From positions 1-64,000 of the forward strand of contig CAVWCX010000030.1 in assembly GCA_963753595.1 (NCBI GenBank): a stretch of DNA of 64,000 nt, in the 5' to 3' direction. Source of the stretch: Candidatus Methanoperedenaceae archaeon (lineage in GTDB: Archaea; Halobacteriota; Methanosarcinia; Methanosarcinales; Methanoperedenaceae). The notes beneath the pieces are model-generated. The model searched no databases, was not told the DNA's origin, and saw only the letters and a list, made by a program, of their open reading frames with translations. Below are positions 1-9,985 of the stretch, piece after piece (within the stretch, counting starts at the first letter, position 1; the number at the start of each line of letters is the position of its first letter). The position numbers were made by a program, and so were the translations under genes.

Positions 1-1146
1 AAGGCTTTTCTTCTCTTTGAAAAGCGGTTTGATCTTCATCCCAAACAGGAATCGCAGGATTTTTACTCGTTTGATCAAAAGATCATACAGGGCAATGATC
101 AACGCAAATGATACCGTACTTAATATGAGGTATTTCATAATAACACCCATGTCCCAGCTGGCGATATAAAATCCAATTATGACGATTATTGTTTGATGCA
201 ATATATAGAATGGCAAAACAGCCTCATTCGAATATTTCAGTAAGCTGTTGTTGAAATTAAGGTATTTGCTCCCAAAGCCAAGTATTGCGATGAGCCAGAA
301 CCATGAATTGAATGCACGCAGGAACGAAAAAAAGTATGCACGGGAAGAGTAACCTGCTTCAAGCAGGAAAAATCCGGATATGAATGTAAGTACACCCAAC
401 AGCAGCGCGATCTTCCTGTGCCTCTCAATGCTCACTCTGAATTGCATATTTGATGCGACCAGGTAGCCCAGGATAAAGAAGATCAGATATGTCAATAGAC
501 TCCAGCCGCCAAAATCTCTTCTTCCAATGCCATCCGGCTGTTGATTGACGAACAGCTCCATGAAAAAGACGGGAAGAGCAAGCAAAAATATGATTCCCGG
601 TTTTTCAAAAGAAATAGCCATCCTGAAGATGAAATTTTGTGTTTTCTCTTTTTTAAGGTAGCGAAAGATTGGTAGTGTAAGCAATGAGAAGATGAAAAGA
701 ATTTCCAGATACCACAGGTGCAGCCCCATCCAGGCAAAATTCCCGCCAAAGCCGTATAGACCTTCAAAGTAATGAGGAAAAAACCGGACAAACGAACCGG
801 CGAATTGAGAATGGCTTACACGCTCAATGTAAACCTGTGGCGGCACGAGTACGAATATACCAAATAACAGTGGTATCACAAGTCGGTTGAACCTTTCATT
901 AATAAACGATCGGTTGTTCCTGAAATCCAGGGCATAGTATACGCTTATAGCAGAAAGTATGAAGAAAAGAGGCATGATCCACTGAGCCACAATTTCAACA
1001 AATACGCTCATGCCAAAATCCAGCTGGTTGTTCTTTACATGCCAGTCTTCGTAATTGAAAAATCTTGCATTATGAAACAGAAAAATCATCAGCATTGCAA
1101 GTACTCTTAACCAATCAATATCGTAGCGCCTTTCATTATTGCCCAT
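1..1146 (-). CDS. Acyltransferase-3 family membrane protein (OpgC/MdoC-like), 3' end runs off window
   Basis: Not in ORF track. My translation from ATG 1146: MGNNERRYDIDWLRVLAMLMIFLFH...WIMPLFFILS...HLWYL...VLPFYILHQ, open to base 1; motifs typical of acyltransferase 3. Confidence 0.85.
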   Translation of the reverse strand, partial: MGNNERRYDIDWLRVLAMLMIFLFHNARFFNYEDWHVKNNQLDFGMSVFVEIVAQWIMPLFFILSAISVYYALDFRNNRSFINERFNRLVIPLLFGIFVLVPPQVYIERVSHSQFAGSFVRFFPHYFEGLYGFGGNFAWMGLHLWYLEILFIFSLLTLPIFRYLKKEKTQNFIFRMAISFEKPGIIFLLALPVFFMELFVNQQPDGIGRRDFGGWSLLTYLIFFILGYLVASNMQFRVSIERHRKIALLLGVLTFISGFFLLEAGYSSRAYFFSFLRAFNSWFWLIAILGFGSKYLNFNNSLLKYSNEAVLPFYILHQTIIVIIGFYIASWDMGVIMKYLILSTVSFALIIALYDLLIKRVKILRFLFGMKIKPLFKEKKSL

Positions 1147-1424
1147 TTCCGGATTCCTACCTGTAATAATAGAACCTAACGGCATGCTCATCAGCCACTG
1201 CCAAGCGTATATGTAAGCAGATTTACTCTATTCATATTTGAAGCTGTTTATCGCTTCACCTTTTCACGTTTTCAGGTCATATTCTTCATTTAATAACCTC
1301 AATTAAATTAACTGCCATTATTTGTATTAACACTTAACCTTAACACGCTGCCTGAGGCTATCTGAGTTACATATATTTAATCGGAAAGTCAAGTGTTAAG
1401 TGAATGTATGAAAGTGGAAGGTAA

Positions 1425-2693
1425 ATGGCGAGAGGATTAAAAAGAACGCTTGGATTATTCGATGCTTCTGCAATAGGTATCGGGGCTATTATCGGGTCAG
1501 GTATTTTTGTGGTAACCGGGATCGCAGCAGGTCTTGCAGGTCCGGCCCTATTGATATCTTTAATTATCGGCGCCTTCATTTCAGGATTTACGGCCCTGAG
1601 TTTTGCTGAACTTGCGCATTCGATGCCTGAGGAAGGAGGCGGTTATAAATTTGCCCATGAACTCGTCTCACCTTTTGCAGGTTTCATTTCCGGCTGGCTC
1701 TGGATTTTATCCAACATAGTGTCCGGTGTGGTAGTGAGCCTCGGATTTGCGAGCTACCTTTCATTAATGTTACCTTTTCCCGTGAATGTGAATCTGTTAG
1801 CAGCCCTGGCATGCCTTGGTGTTACTTTCATAAATTATCTCGGGGCCCGCGAATCAAGTCTCCTCAATGATATCCTGGTGATCATCAAACTCCTCATTCT
1901 GGCTCTTTTTGTCGTGTTCGGCATTACTTTCGTAAAGTCAGGCAATTTTTCGCCATTTATCCCCAACGGAGGGATCGGCATCATGCAGGGGGCTACTCTC
2001 ATATTCTTTGCGTATTCGGGGTTTGCAAGGGTCACCCTCATCAGTGAGGAAGTGAAGGATCCTGAAAAAAATATCCCTCGTGCTATTATTCTTGCATTGG
2101 GCATCTCAACAGTTGTTTACATGCTTGTAAGTTTCACTGCGATAGGGCTTGTGGGATATAAAGAACTGGCATCATCAGGTTCACCTCTTGCTGATGCCTC
2201 TCAATCTCTGGGTAAAAACCTGACTTATTTTGTGTCCATTGGCGCCCTTGTTGCAACTTTGAGCGTCCTTCTCACAACACTCCTGGGATTGTCCCGCATT
2301 TCTTATGCAATGTCAAGGGATCATGACCTTCCGCAGTTCTTTACAAGGCTGGATGATCGTTCTACTCCTTACTATACCGTTTTGATCTTTGGCTTTACAA
2401 TGACAATCCTGGCAGTATTCTCAAACCTGATCCAGGCTATTGCATTAGCCAACTTCGGTTCACTGCTTTATTATCTTATTGCCAATATTGCCGCTTTGAA
2501 ACTTGAAAAAAGAGTATATCCCCGCATAATTCCCATGCTTGGAATAATCAGCTGTATGATCTTGTTGGTTTTTCTTACTCAGGATGCCTGGATAAAAGGG
2601 ATTATCATTCTTTTTGCGGGAGCTGCATATTATTATCTTATGAAAAGGCGGCAAGAAAATAAAGATAATGATCGGGAATTTCATGAACTTTGA
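1425..2693 (+). CDS. APC-family amino acid permease
   Basis: GAIIGSGIF, FFAYSGF..EEVKDP motifs, ~12 TM segments. Confidence 0.92.
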   Translation: MARGLKRTLGLFDASAIGIGAIIGSGIFVVTGIAAGLAGPALLISLIIGAFISGFTALSFAELAHSMPEEGGGYKFAHELVSPFAGFISGWLWILSNIVSGVVVSLGFASYLSLMLPFPVNVNLLAALACLGVTFINYLGARESSLLNDILVIIKLLILALFVVFGITFVKSGNFSPFIPNGGIGIMQGATLIFFAYSGFARVTLISEEVKDPEKNIPRAIILALGISTVVYMLVSFTAIGLVGYKELASSGSPLADASQSLGKNLTYFVSIGALVATLSVLLTTLLGLSRISYAMSRDHDLPQFFTRLDDRSTPYYTVLIFGFTMTILAVFSNLIQAIALANFGSLLYYLIANIAALKLEKRVYPRIIPMLGIISCMILLVFLTQDAWIKGIIILFAGAAYYYLMKRRQENKDNDREFHEL

Positions 2694-2701
2694 TCACATA
2701 G

Positions 2702-3497
2702 CTATTCGCTAACAGGAACTATCCTGTCTTTTAGTTTAGTCTCTAAATCCTGGTTCATCGTTTCAATGACATTGATAACAATGCTTTCGATTTCCGTTTT
2801 TCAGTATTTCGTCATCTTTGAAAAAATCATTGTCAGTTTTTGCATTATATTGTAATCCATGGGTCCTGTATGCAAAACCAAATGGCGCAAGAATAAAACC
2901 CATTTGCTGGAAATAAAGAAAAATATCCATTGCCGTTTTAATTCCTCCATCTTCATGCCCATTGACTAAGATCCCGACAACTTTTCCGGTGGTCAAACCT
3001 TCTTTTTTCAATAAGTAAAGATTTTGAAGGCATGTCAGCCTGTCCAGGAAATCCTTTAATCGCGCTGACATATTATTCCAATTTATGGGAGAAGCGACAA
3101 TCACTGCCCTGGAATTAACTAACATTTCGTGGAGTGCAGGCGCATCATCAAGCTGGTTCCTGCACGGGTAAGTACATGCTGAATCCCTCATACTGTAGCA
3201 GCACCAGCAGTGCTGGATATCCAGCTCGTTCAAATTAAACCGCCTGAAACTAACGCCTTTTCTTTTGAGGGCTTTTTCCGCAGTATCTAATAAAGAGCTG
3301 GTATTGTGACCTCTGTGAGAACTCCCATTGATCAATAATACGTCAAATTTTTCTCCATCGAACTTAAGTTTTTGTTTATCCTTAAGTTCCGAATATTCCT
3401 TGGAAGAACTGCTGCATTGCGGGCATTCTTCAGGAGGTTCAGTTCCCCTGTGAATATAACCGCATACGCTGCATTTCCATTCTCTACTTTTTTGCAA
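2702..3497 (-). CDS. Rubredoxin-like domain fused to flavodoxin/iron-sulfur flavoprotein (NAD(P)H-dependent FMN reductase family); apparent 1-nt frameshift near 2797-2801
   Basis: WKCSVCGY..PPEECPQC then INGSSHRGHNT, CWCC..CTYPC, ASPINW. Likely TTG start 3497 after AAGGAG. Removing one base of the T5 run restores a plausible C-terminus ending TAG at 2702. Confidence 0.8.
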
Positions 3498-3705
3498 GTT
3501 GCTCCTTTTCGTTTCCGCGGATGCAATAGTAAACATATTTAAATCCCATTTTATCATGAACAGGGCAGCCAGGACACAAACACCCTTTTTCCTCTTTAAT
3601 GCATTTGCTTTTTCCGGAAAAACAAAAGGCTATTTCTTCATTGCATTCGATATATGTGGGACAGAGCCTGCATATGCATAATTTAATGGCTTCTTTCTTA
3701 TCCAT
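3484..3705 (-). CDS. DUF2769-like small Cys-rich protein
   Basis: CICRLCPTY..C...FC..GKS.CI.EEKGCLCPGCPV...YYC pattern; GGAG upstream. Confidence 0.8.
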   Translation of the reverse strand: MDKKEAIKLCICRLCPTYIECNEEIAFCFSGKSKCIKEEKGCLCPGCPVHDKMGFKYVYYCIRGNEKEQLAKK

Positions 3706-3967
3706 ATTATACTCCTATGATCGCAATATATTGAATTTATTGAGTTTGATGTATTTAGCTATTCAGGTTGAATAGATATAAGAATGCATCCTTTATGCTT
3801 TCCATTTTCATTTCAAACAGCTCCTCCCATTTTTAAGCAGGAGGATTTGGAGGTTCTGGATTAAAGTTATATATTAAAAATAACAATTCAAATTATTGAT
3901 AATCCGTCATGGATTGTTTTTCGGGGAGTGGAATTTCAGTATCGTATAATATAAGGGAGGAATATTA

Positions 3968-5359
3968 ATGAAAAATAAGAATAAGTATATTTTGATATTG
4001 TTGATAGTGCTTGGAGTTCTGGTCGCAGGATGTTCGGGTCCAAAGCAAACAACTCCTGTAACACCAACACAAAATGCGCCCACCGATACGCAGACTGCGC
4101 CTGAAACAAAACCAATCGAAAAAGGTACTGAAAATGATAAAATGACAGATCAGGATGCCCAAAAGATGGTCACAGAAGGCAGGGAAATATTCCGCCACGA
4201 CACTTTTGGTGATGAGGCTTACTGGGGCGACACGCTGAAGCTGCACCAGGCCATTGCCGGGGAAGCTAATGGAGGTGTTGGGGGAGGAGTGGACCCAAAG
4301 ACGGCTCTCGCAGTTGGTTTAAAAGTTGACGTGGATGCACTTCCCAAAGAACTGGTTGATAATCTTAAAGCAGGAAAAGTAAATCTGAGCGACCCTGCTA
4401 CCACGATCGCTCTCCTTTCGCTGGATGCAGTTGTGGGAGTTAAAGGTTTCTTTGATGAAAATAAAAACCTGAAGTCGATCGGCATTACCTGTGCCATCTG
4501 CCATTCAACGGTGGATGATTCATTTACAGCCGGAATTGGTCACAGGCTTGATGGATGGCCCAACCGCGATCTCAACGTGGGAGTAATAGTTTCACTTGCC
4601 CCGAACCTTCAACCCGTTGCAGACCGTCTGCATACCAATGTGACAACTGTTAAAGCAGTTCTCAATAGCTGGGGACCCGGGAAATATGATGCCGAACTTA
4701 ATATGGATGGAAAAGCCTTCCGTCCTGATGGAAAGTCGGCAGCCACGCTGCTTCCGGCTGCTTTTGGTCTTGCGGGTGTGAACCTTCATACCTATGGAGG
4801 ATGGGGCTCAGTCACGCACTGGAATGCCTATGTAAGCGTTACGCAGATGCGAGGTAATGGCACATTCTATGATCCAAGGCTTAACAATAAGGCAAAATTC
4901 CCCCTTGCTGTTGAAACAGGAGACTGGAACATAAGAAACGATCCTGACATGGTAACATCGAAGCTTCCTGCTCTCCAGTTCTATCAACTATCCCTCAAGG
5001 CACCAATACCGCCAAAAGGCAGCTTTGACGAGAAAGCAGCAGCGAACGGGACGGCAATCTTCAATGGTAAGGCAGACTGCAACAGATGCCATGTTCCGCC
5101 GATCTTTGCTGAGCCGGGATGGCCAATGCACAAAGCCAGTGAACTCGGAATAGATGATTTCCAGGCCAAACGATCGCCAGATGAAATGTATAGGACAACT
5201 CCTCTTAAAGGCCTCTTCTCACACATGAAAGGCGGCTTTTATCATGATGGACGCTTTGCCACTTTGATGGACGTTGTCAACCATTACGACAAATTATTCG
5301 GATTGGCACTGACGGACAATGAAAAGAACGACCTCATTGAATACCTGAAATCAATATAA
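3968..5359 (+). CDS. Lipoprotein di-heme c-type cytochrome (cytochrome c peroxidase/MauG-superfamily-like)
   Basis: Lipobox LVAGC, Thr/Pro linker, CAICH and CNRCH heme motifs, C-terminal FYHDGRFATL...DLIEYLKSI. Confidence 0.8.
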   Translation: MKNKNKYILILLIVLGVLVAGCSGPKQTTPVTPTQNAPTDTQTAPETKPIEKGTENDKMTDQDAQKMVTEGREIFRHDTFGDEAYWGDTLKLHQAIAGEANGGVGGGVDPKTALAVGLKVDVDALPKELVDNLKAGKVNLSDPATTIALLSLDAVVGVKGFFDENKNLKSIGITCAICHSTVDDSFTAGIGHRLDGWPNRDLNVGVIVSLAPNLQPVADRLHTNVTTVKAVLNSWGPGKYDAELNMDGKAFRPDGKSAATLLPAAFGLAGVNLHTYGGWGSVTHWNAYVSVTQMRGNGTFYDPRLNNKAKFPLAVETGDWNIRNDPDMVTSKLPALQFYQLSLKAPIPPKGSFDEKAAANGTAIFNGKADCNRCHVPPIFAEPGWPMHKASELGIDDFQAKRSPDEMYRTTPLKGLFSHMKGGFYHDGRFATLMDVVNHYDKLFGLALTDNEKNDLIEYLKSI

Positions 5360-5373
5360 ACAAGATATATTCA

Positions 5374-5413
5374 ATGCCTCCATATAAATGAAGGCAACAT
5401 TTTTTTTTATTTT
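5374..5413 (+). terminator. Hairpin plus oligo-T terminator after cytochrome gene
   Basis: tgcctc...gaaggca imperfect stem followed by long T run. Confidence 0.5.
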
Positions 5414-5800
5414 CAAATGATTTATTAGATTTTTAAGCCATCCTTCGTCGCCTTTCTATTTCATTAACTTGAAAATGAAATTTGTCAATAGATCAAAGAG
5501 CTTCATAACCAGGACTGAATAATTCCCTAACCTCTTCTTCATCTCAAATTGCGCCTCCCCTTTTAAAATCTCAAACTTAGCAACGTGAAGTACTCAGGGC
5601 GATTTTGCTCATGTTTCAATCCTTGTTTTAGTGATTGTATTTGCCCATTAGTTGAGTTAAATATTGTGTTCTTCACACCCCTGTTTATATTGATGTGAAA
5701 TATACTATATTTAGTAATATTTTACCCAAACTCTAATAGTTATGATTGAAGCTCCAAATGCTAAAATTGACTTTAAAAAAACAGACGAAATAAAGATATT

Positions 5801-6217
5801 ATGAGACCTAAAGTCCTTGTTGTTGATGATGAACCGACTAATATTGAACTTTTAGAGGGGTATCTATCGAAAGATTATGATATTTTGAAAGCTCACGATG
5901 GGAATGAAGCAATGATCATTGTGGAGGCAAATCCTCCTGATATCATATTGCTTGACATAATGATGCCAGGGATGAATGGATATGAAGTTTGCAAGAAACT
6001 TAAAGATGATCGTAATACCAATCATATACCTATCGTTATGGTTACAGCTTTGCATGAAAAAGAGGATAGGAATAAAGCAATCGAAGCAGGAGCAGATGAT
6101 TTTATAACTAAACCATTTGATATTATTGAATTGACCGTGAGAGTGAAATCGTATCTCAGGACAAAACTATATTATGATACTATGTTGGGTAAACCTAGTT
6201 TTCAGCTTCGCATATAA
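5801..6217 (+). CDS. Single-domain response regulator (REC)
   Basis: VVDD, LLDIMMPGMNG, MVTA, FITKPF. Confidence 0.92.
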   Translation: MRPKVLVVDDEPTNIELLEGYLSKDYDILKAHDGNEAMIIVEANPPDIILLDIMMPGMNGYEVCKKLKDDRNTNHIPIVMVTALHEKEDRNKAIEAGADDFITKPFDIIELTVRVKSYLRTKLYYDTMLGKPSFQLRI

Positions 6218-6231
6218 TTTTTAGACTTTGG

Positions 6232-6734
6232 GGTCAAGGGGTAGAGAACCCTGCGCCCTTCGAGGGCGCAGATGAATCGTACCCTTGGTATTTATTACTT
6301 TCACCCCACTCTATCATAAGCAATATATATTCTTAAAATAATGTCTATGCTTGATGAAAACGTATCAATTCAGGATATACCCGAACATGGTGCAGAACCA
6401 TCATCTTGCCAAATCCATCTCAGATGCGGGCTGGTATCAGTTAATGCAATTCACGAAATCCAAGGCAGAATGTGCCGGGAAAACAGTTGAATTCGTTAAT
6501 CCCGCAGGAACATCTCAGACCTGTATTTGCGGTTTCAGTGTCCCGAAAGACCTGTCAGTGAGGATACATCGGTGTCCTTCCTGCGGTCTTGTCATGGGAA
6601 GAGATCAGGTTTCTGCAATATTAATCGAGAATAGATGTACGGTAGGAACTACCGGAATTAACGCCCGTCAAGGATATCTCAGCGGAGTATCAATGCAGCG
6701 GGACGCTCCGTGGCTTTCGCCCGGAGCAGTTCAC
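6232..6734 (+). mobile_element. Internally deleted IS200/IS605-family (tnpB) element
   Basis: Left hairpin ctgcgccct-tcg-agggcgcag (6251-6271); right hairpin gctccg..cggagc (6705-6727) ending GTTCAC (6734); truncated tnpB inside; left boundary approximate. Confidence 0.8.
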
Positions 6735-6737
6735 TAA
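6351..6737 (+). pseudogene. tnpB: tnpB remnant (N-terminal ~12 aa joined to C-terminal zinc-finger/RuvC-III part)
   Basis: MKTYQFRIYPN joined directly to MVQNHHLAKSISDAGW...TSQTCICG...CPSCGLVMGRD. Confidence 0.85.
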
Positions 6738-6738
6738 G

Positions 6739-7149
6739 TCACGTCCATATTAACAAGTACATGTGTATACCAATAATTAGTGCCAGGATCCATGATGCCA
6801 ATGCCAACTTCATGGCCGTAGCAAGCCTGCCCCTCATCCTCATTACTCCCGCAAATACCAGGTTTATGTAAATCCATATCGCAATTACTATCAGTCCAAG
6901 CGTATGGTGCACTAACATCTCAATGTTAAAAAATCTACCCCGGTATTCATTTTCAATGTAACCGAGCATCGAGGGCAGCATTACGACAGCTATCGCTATT
7001 ATCTGCAATGGTACGGCGACTCTTAAGACGGCGCAGTGTTTTCCCAGATTCCTCTTTTTTGCGAGAAATACCGCGCCAGATACCGTCATAATGAGCAGCA
7101 CCTGGATTGCCAGGTTTATCATTGCCTGGGTCTTAACATCAAAAACCAT
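6739..7149 (-). CDS. Four-TM membrane protein (DUF420-like)
   Basis: 4 hydrophobic helices with KH..VHHTLG histidines. Confidence 0.6.
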   Translation of the reverse strand: MVFDVKTQAMINLAIQVLLIMTVSGAVFLAKKRNLGKHCAVLRVAVPLQIIAIAVVMLPSMLGYIENEYRGRFFNIEMLVHHTLGLIVIAIWIYINLVFAGVMRMRGRLATAMKLALASWILALIIGIHMYLLIWT

Positions 7150-7395
7150 ATGTCTTCATCACATGGGGATATATTAAAAGTATTTGGCCACCTGATTGAC
7201 GGTTTCTCCCTTTTTAATTCCATTAAGATTATCAGCTTAAAGGATAATTTCCTATAGGGGTGCTATTCATGATGTACAATAAAATTTCTGAACTTACCCG
7301 GGAAGAAATGGACCCAAACCGTGCTAAAATTGATTTCCCTGAGCAGGAATTGTGGGCCAAAAAGGATAAAAACGACACGTTTAACTGATGATCAT

Positions 7396-9954
7396 ATGCA
7401 ACTATTCAACATTTCTAAAAAGACAAATCCAACGAATCCGCGCCCTCTTGCATTCTGGAGCCTCCCTGCTGCTGAACTACTTGCACAACTTCAGACAACA
7501 CCATTGGGCATTACCAGCGACGAGGCACGGCAACGGCTCGCACGTTATGGTTCCAATCTCCTGACCCCCAGAAAAAGATCGGACTCACTTGCGCTTTTTC
7601 TTACTCAATTCAAAAGCCCTATTACCCTCATCCTTCTCTTTGCGGCTGGATTGTCACTTTTCCTGCATGAACATGTTGATGTTCTCATTATCCTGGCGAT
7701 TGTCTTCATAAGCGGCCTTCTCGGATTCTGGCAGGAGCGGGGAGCTGCCAATGCGATCGGGAAGTTACTCGCTATTGTGCAAATAAAAGCCACAGTGCTT
7801 CGTGATGGAAGCCCGATAGAAATTCCTGTCGAAGAGATCGTGCCAGGGGATGTTATTATCCTGAAAGGCGGAGATATTATTCCAGGGGACTGCCTGATCC
7901 TTGAATCCAAAGACTTATTTGTCGATGAAGCGACGCTGACGGGCGAAACATATCCGGTTGAAAAATTAACAGGGGAACTGGTGAAGGAAACACAGCTTGG
8001 TAAGCGGAACAACACGCTTTTTATGGGTACTCATGTCGTGAGCGGCAGCGCGAAAGCTGTGGTTGTCTGCACAGGGACAGGAACCGAATTCGGTAAGGTT
8101 TCCGAACGGTTGAAACTGCGGCCGCCGGAGACGGAGTTTGAGCGCGGCGTCATGAGGTTCGGGTATTTCCTTATGGAGATCACTATGCTTCTGGTTATTG
8201 CAATTTTTGCTATCAACGCCTTTCTGGGACGCCCTATCCTGGAATCACTTCTTTTTTCCCTGGCTCTTGCTGTCGGGCTGACCCCTCAACTGCTGCCGGC
8301 GATCATCAGCGTGAACCTTGCACACGGCGCAAAGCGCATGGCACAGCAGAAAGTGATCGTTAAACGTCTTGCTTCTATTGAAAATTTTGGCAGCATGAAC
8401 GTTCTCTGTTCAGATAAGACCGGAACTCTGACCGAGGGGGTAGTGAGAGTGAATTCCACTCTGGATTTTGAAGGTAAAGAAAACGAAAAAGTTCTTTTCT
8501 ATGCTTATATCAATGCTTTTTTCGAGACCGGTTTCATGAATCCGATAGACAGCGCGATAAGGAACTATCGCCAGTTCGATATGTCCGGTTACCAGAAACT
8601 GGATGAAGTGCCGTATGATTTCATTCGTAAGCGATTAAGCATCCTTGTCTTAAAAGACGATAAGCATCTAATGGTAACCAAAGGAGCACTTACGAATGTG
8701 TTATCAGTTTGTTCATCAGCGCAAACTTCCGATGAAAAGATCGTGGACATTGAGACTGTGAAGGAACAGATCCAGCAAGCCTTTGAGAAGCAGAGCAGTA
8801 TGGGATTGCGCATATTGGGTGTTGCCTACCGGGATGTCGGATCTGATCCGCTTATAACCAAAGACCATGAAGCTGCGATGATTTTTTCAGGTTTTCTCGT
8901 TCTATTTGATCCTCCAAAGGCTGGAATTGCGGACACTATTAACAAATTAGAGCACCTTGGCGTCTCATTGAAGATCATCACCGGGGACAACAAACTGGTT
9001 GCTGCCAATGTCAGTCAACAGGTTAGATCCTCAAATCCTCAAATCCTCACAGGTTCAGATCTTCGTTCAATGAGCGATGAAGCGCTGCGGATGCGAGTGA
9101 ACGATATCAGTATATTCGCAGAAGTCGAGCCAAACCAGAAAGAACGCATCATAATGGCTCTGAAAAAAAGTGGAAATGTTGTAGGGTATATTGGAGATGG
9201 AATTAATGACGCATCAGCCCTCCATGCTGCCGATGTCGGTATTTCTGTTGATAGCGCCGTTGATGTTGCAAAAGATGCTGCCGATATTGTACTTCTGGAA
9301 AAGGATCTGGGTGTTCTTGTGCAGGGCGTACGCGAAGGAAGAACGACATTTGCCAATACACTTAAGTATGTATTCATGGCCACGAGCGCCAATTTCGGGA
9401 ACATGTTCAGCATGGCCGGAGTATCGCTTTTCTTGCCTTTTCTCCCCCTGCTGCCGGGACAGATCCTGCTTACCAATCTTATGACTGATATCCCGGAGAT
9501 GACAATAGCTACCGATAGCGTGGATAGCGAAATGGTTGATCATCCCAGGCGCTGGGACATTGGCTTTATCCGCAATTTTATGCTCGTCTTTGGAATCTTG
9601 AGTTCCGTCTTCGACATTCTTACATTCGGCGCTTTGTTTTTCATCCTTCATGCAGCACCTGACCAATTCAGGACAGGGTGGTTTATGGAATCTGTTATTT
9701 CAGCTTCGATGATCGTGCTAGTGATCCGCACCAAAAAACCTTTCTTTAAGAGCATACCAGGGAAGTATCTTTCCGCAGCTACACTGTTGATCGTTGCGGG
9801 TGCGCTTCTTTTCCCTTTCATTCCAATCGGGAAGGTATTTGGATTTAGTCAGCTTCCGATTTCGTTCCTAATTCTTATGGGAGTGATCGTGGCATTTTAC
9901 ATCATCTCGGCAGAAATAGTGAAAGCGTTGTTTTACAGGAGGATGAAATTTTAA
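7396..9954 (+). CDS. mgtA: Magnesium-translocating P-type ATPase
   Basis: TGET, AVGLTPQLLP, DKTGTLT, GDGIND, SANFGN motifs; start at ATG 7396 (GTG 7321 possible). Confidence 0.9.
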   Translation: MQLFNISKKTNPTNPRPLAFWSLPAAELLAQLQTTPLGITSDEARQRLARYGSNLLTPRKRSDSLALFLTQFKSPITLILLFAAGLSLFLHEHVDVLIILAIVFISGLLGFWQERGAANAIGKLLAIVQIKATVLRDGSPIEIPVEEIVPGDVIILKGGDIIPGDCLILESKDLFVDEATLTGETYPVEKLTGELVKETQLGKRNNTLFMGTHVVSGSAKAVVVCTGTGTEFGKVSERLKLRPPETEFERGVMRFGYFLMEITMLLVIAIFAINAFLGRPILESLLFSLALAVGLTPQLLPAIISVNLAHGAKRMAQQKVIVKRLASIENFGSMNVLCSDKTGTLTEGVVRVNSTLDFEGKENEKVLFYAYINAFFETGFMNPIDSAIRNYRQFDMSGYQKLDEVPYDFIRKRLSILVLKDDKHLMVTKGALTNVLSVCSSAQTSDEKIVDIETVKEQIQQAFEKQSSMGLRILGVAYRDVGSDPLITKDHEAAMIFSGFLVLFDPPKAGIADTINKLEHLGVSLKIITGDNKLVAANVSQQVRSSNPQILTGSDLRSMSDEALRMRVNDISIFAEVEPNQKERIIMALKKSGNVVGYIGDGINDASALHAADVGISVDSAVDVAKDAADIVLLEKDLGVLVQGVREGRTTFANTLKYVFMATSANFGNMFSMAGVSLFLPFLPLLPGQILLTNLMTDIPEMTIATDSVDSEMVDHPRRWDIGFIRNFMLVFGILSSVFDILTFGALFFILHAAPDQFRTGWFMESVISASMIVLVIRTKKPFFKSIPGKYLSAATLLIVAGALLFPFIPIGKVFGFSQLPISFLILMGVIVAFYIISAEIVKALFYRRMKF

Positions 9955-9985
9955 GTGGCCTGAAATCTGCCAGTCGATTTAACAA

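Noticed and set aside
1172-1215. ACCTAAC as integron attC start
   Set aside because: No matching GTTRRRY end or complementary arm found; no integrase
3484-3497. Pyrrolysine read-through or frameshift fusing DUF2769 to the rubredoxin-flavoprotein
   Set aside because: TAG read-through gives a non-homologous frame; the downstream gene has its own AAGGAG plus TTG start
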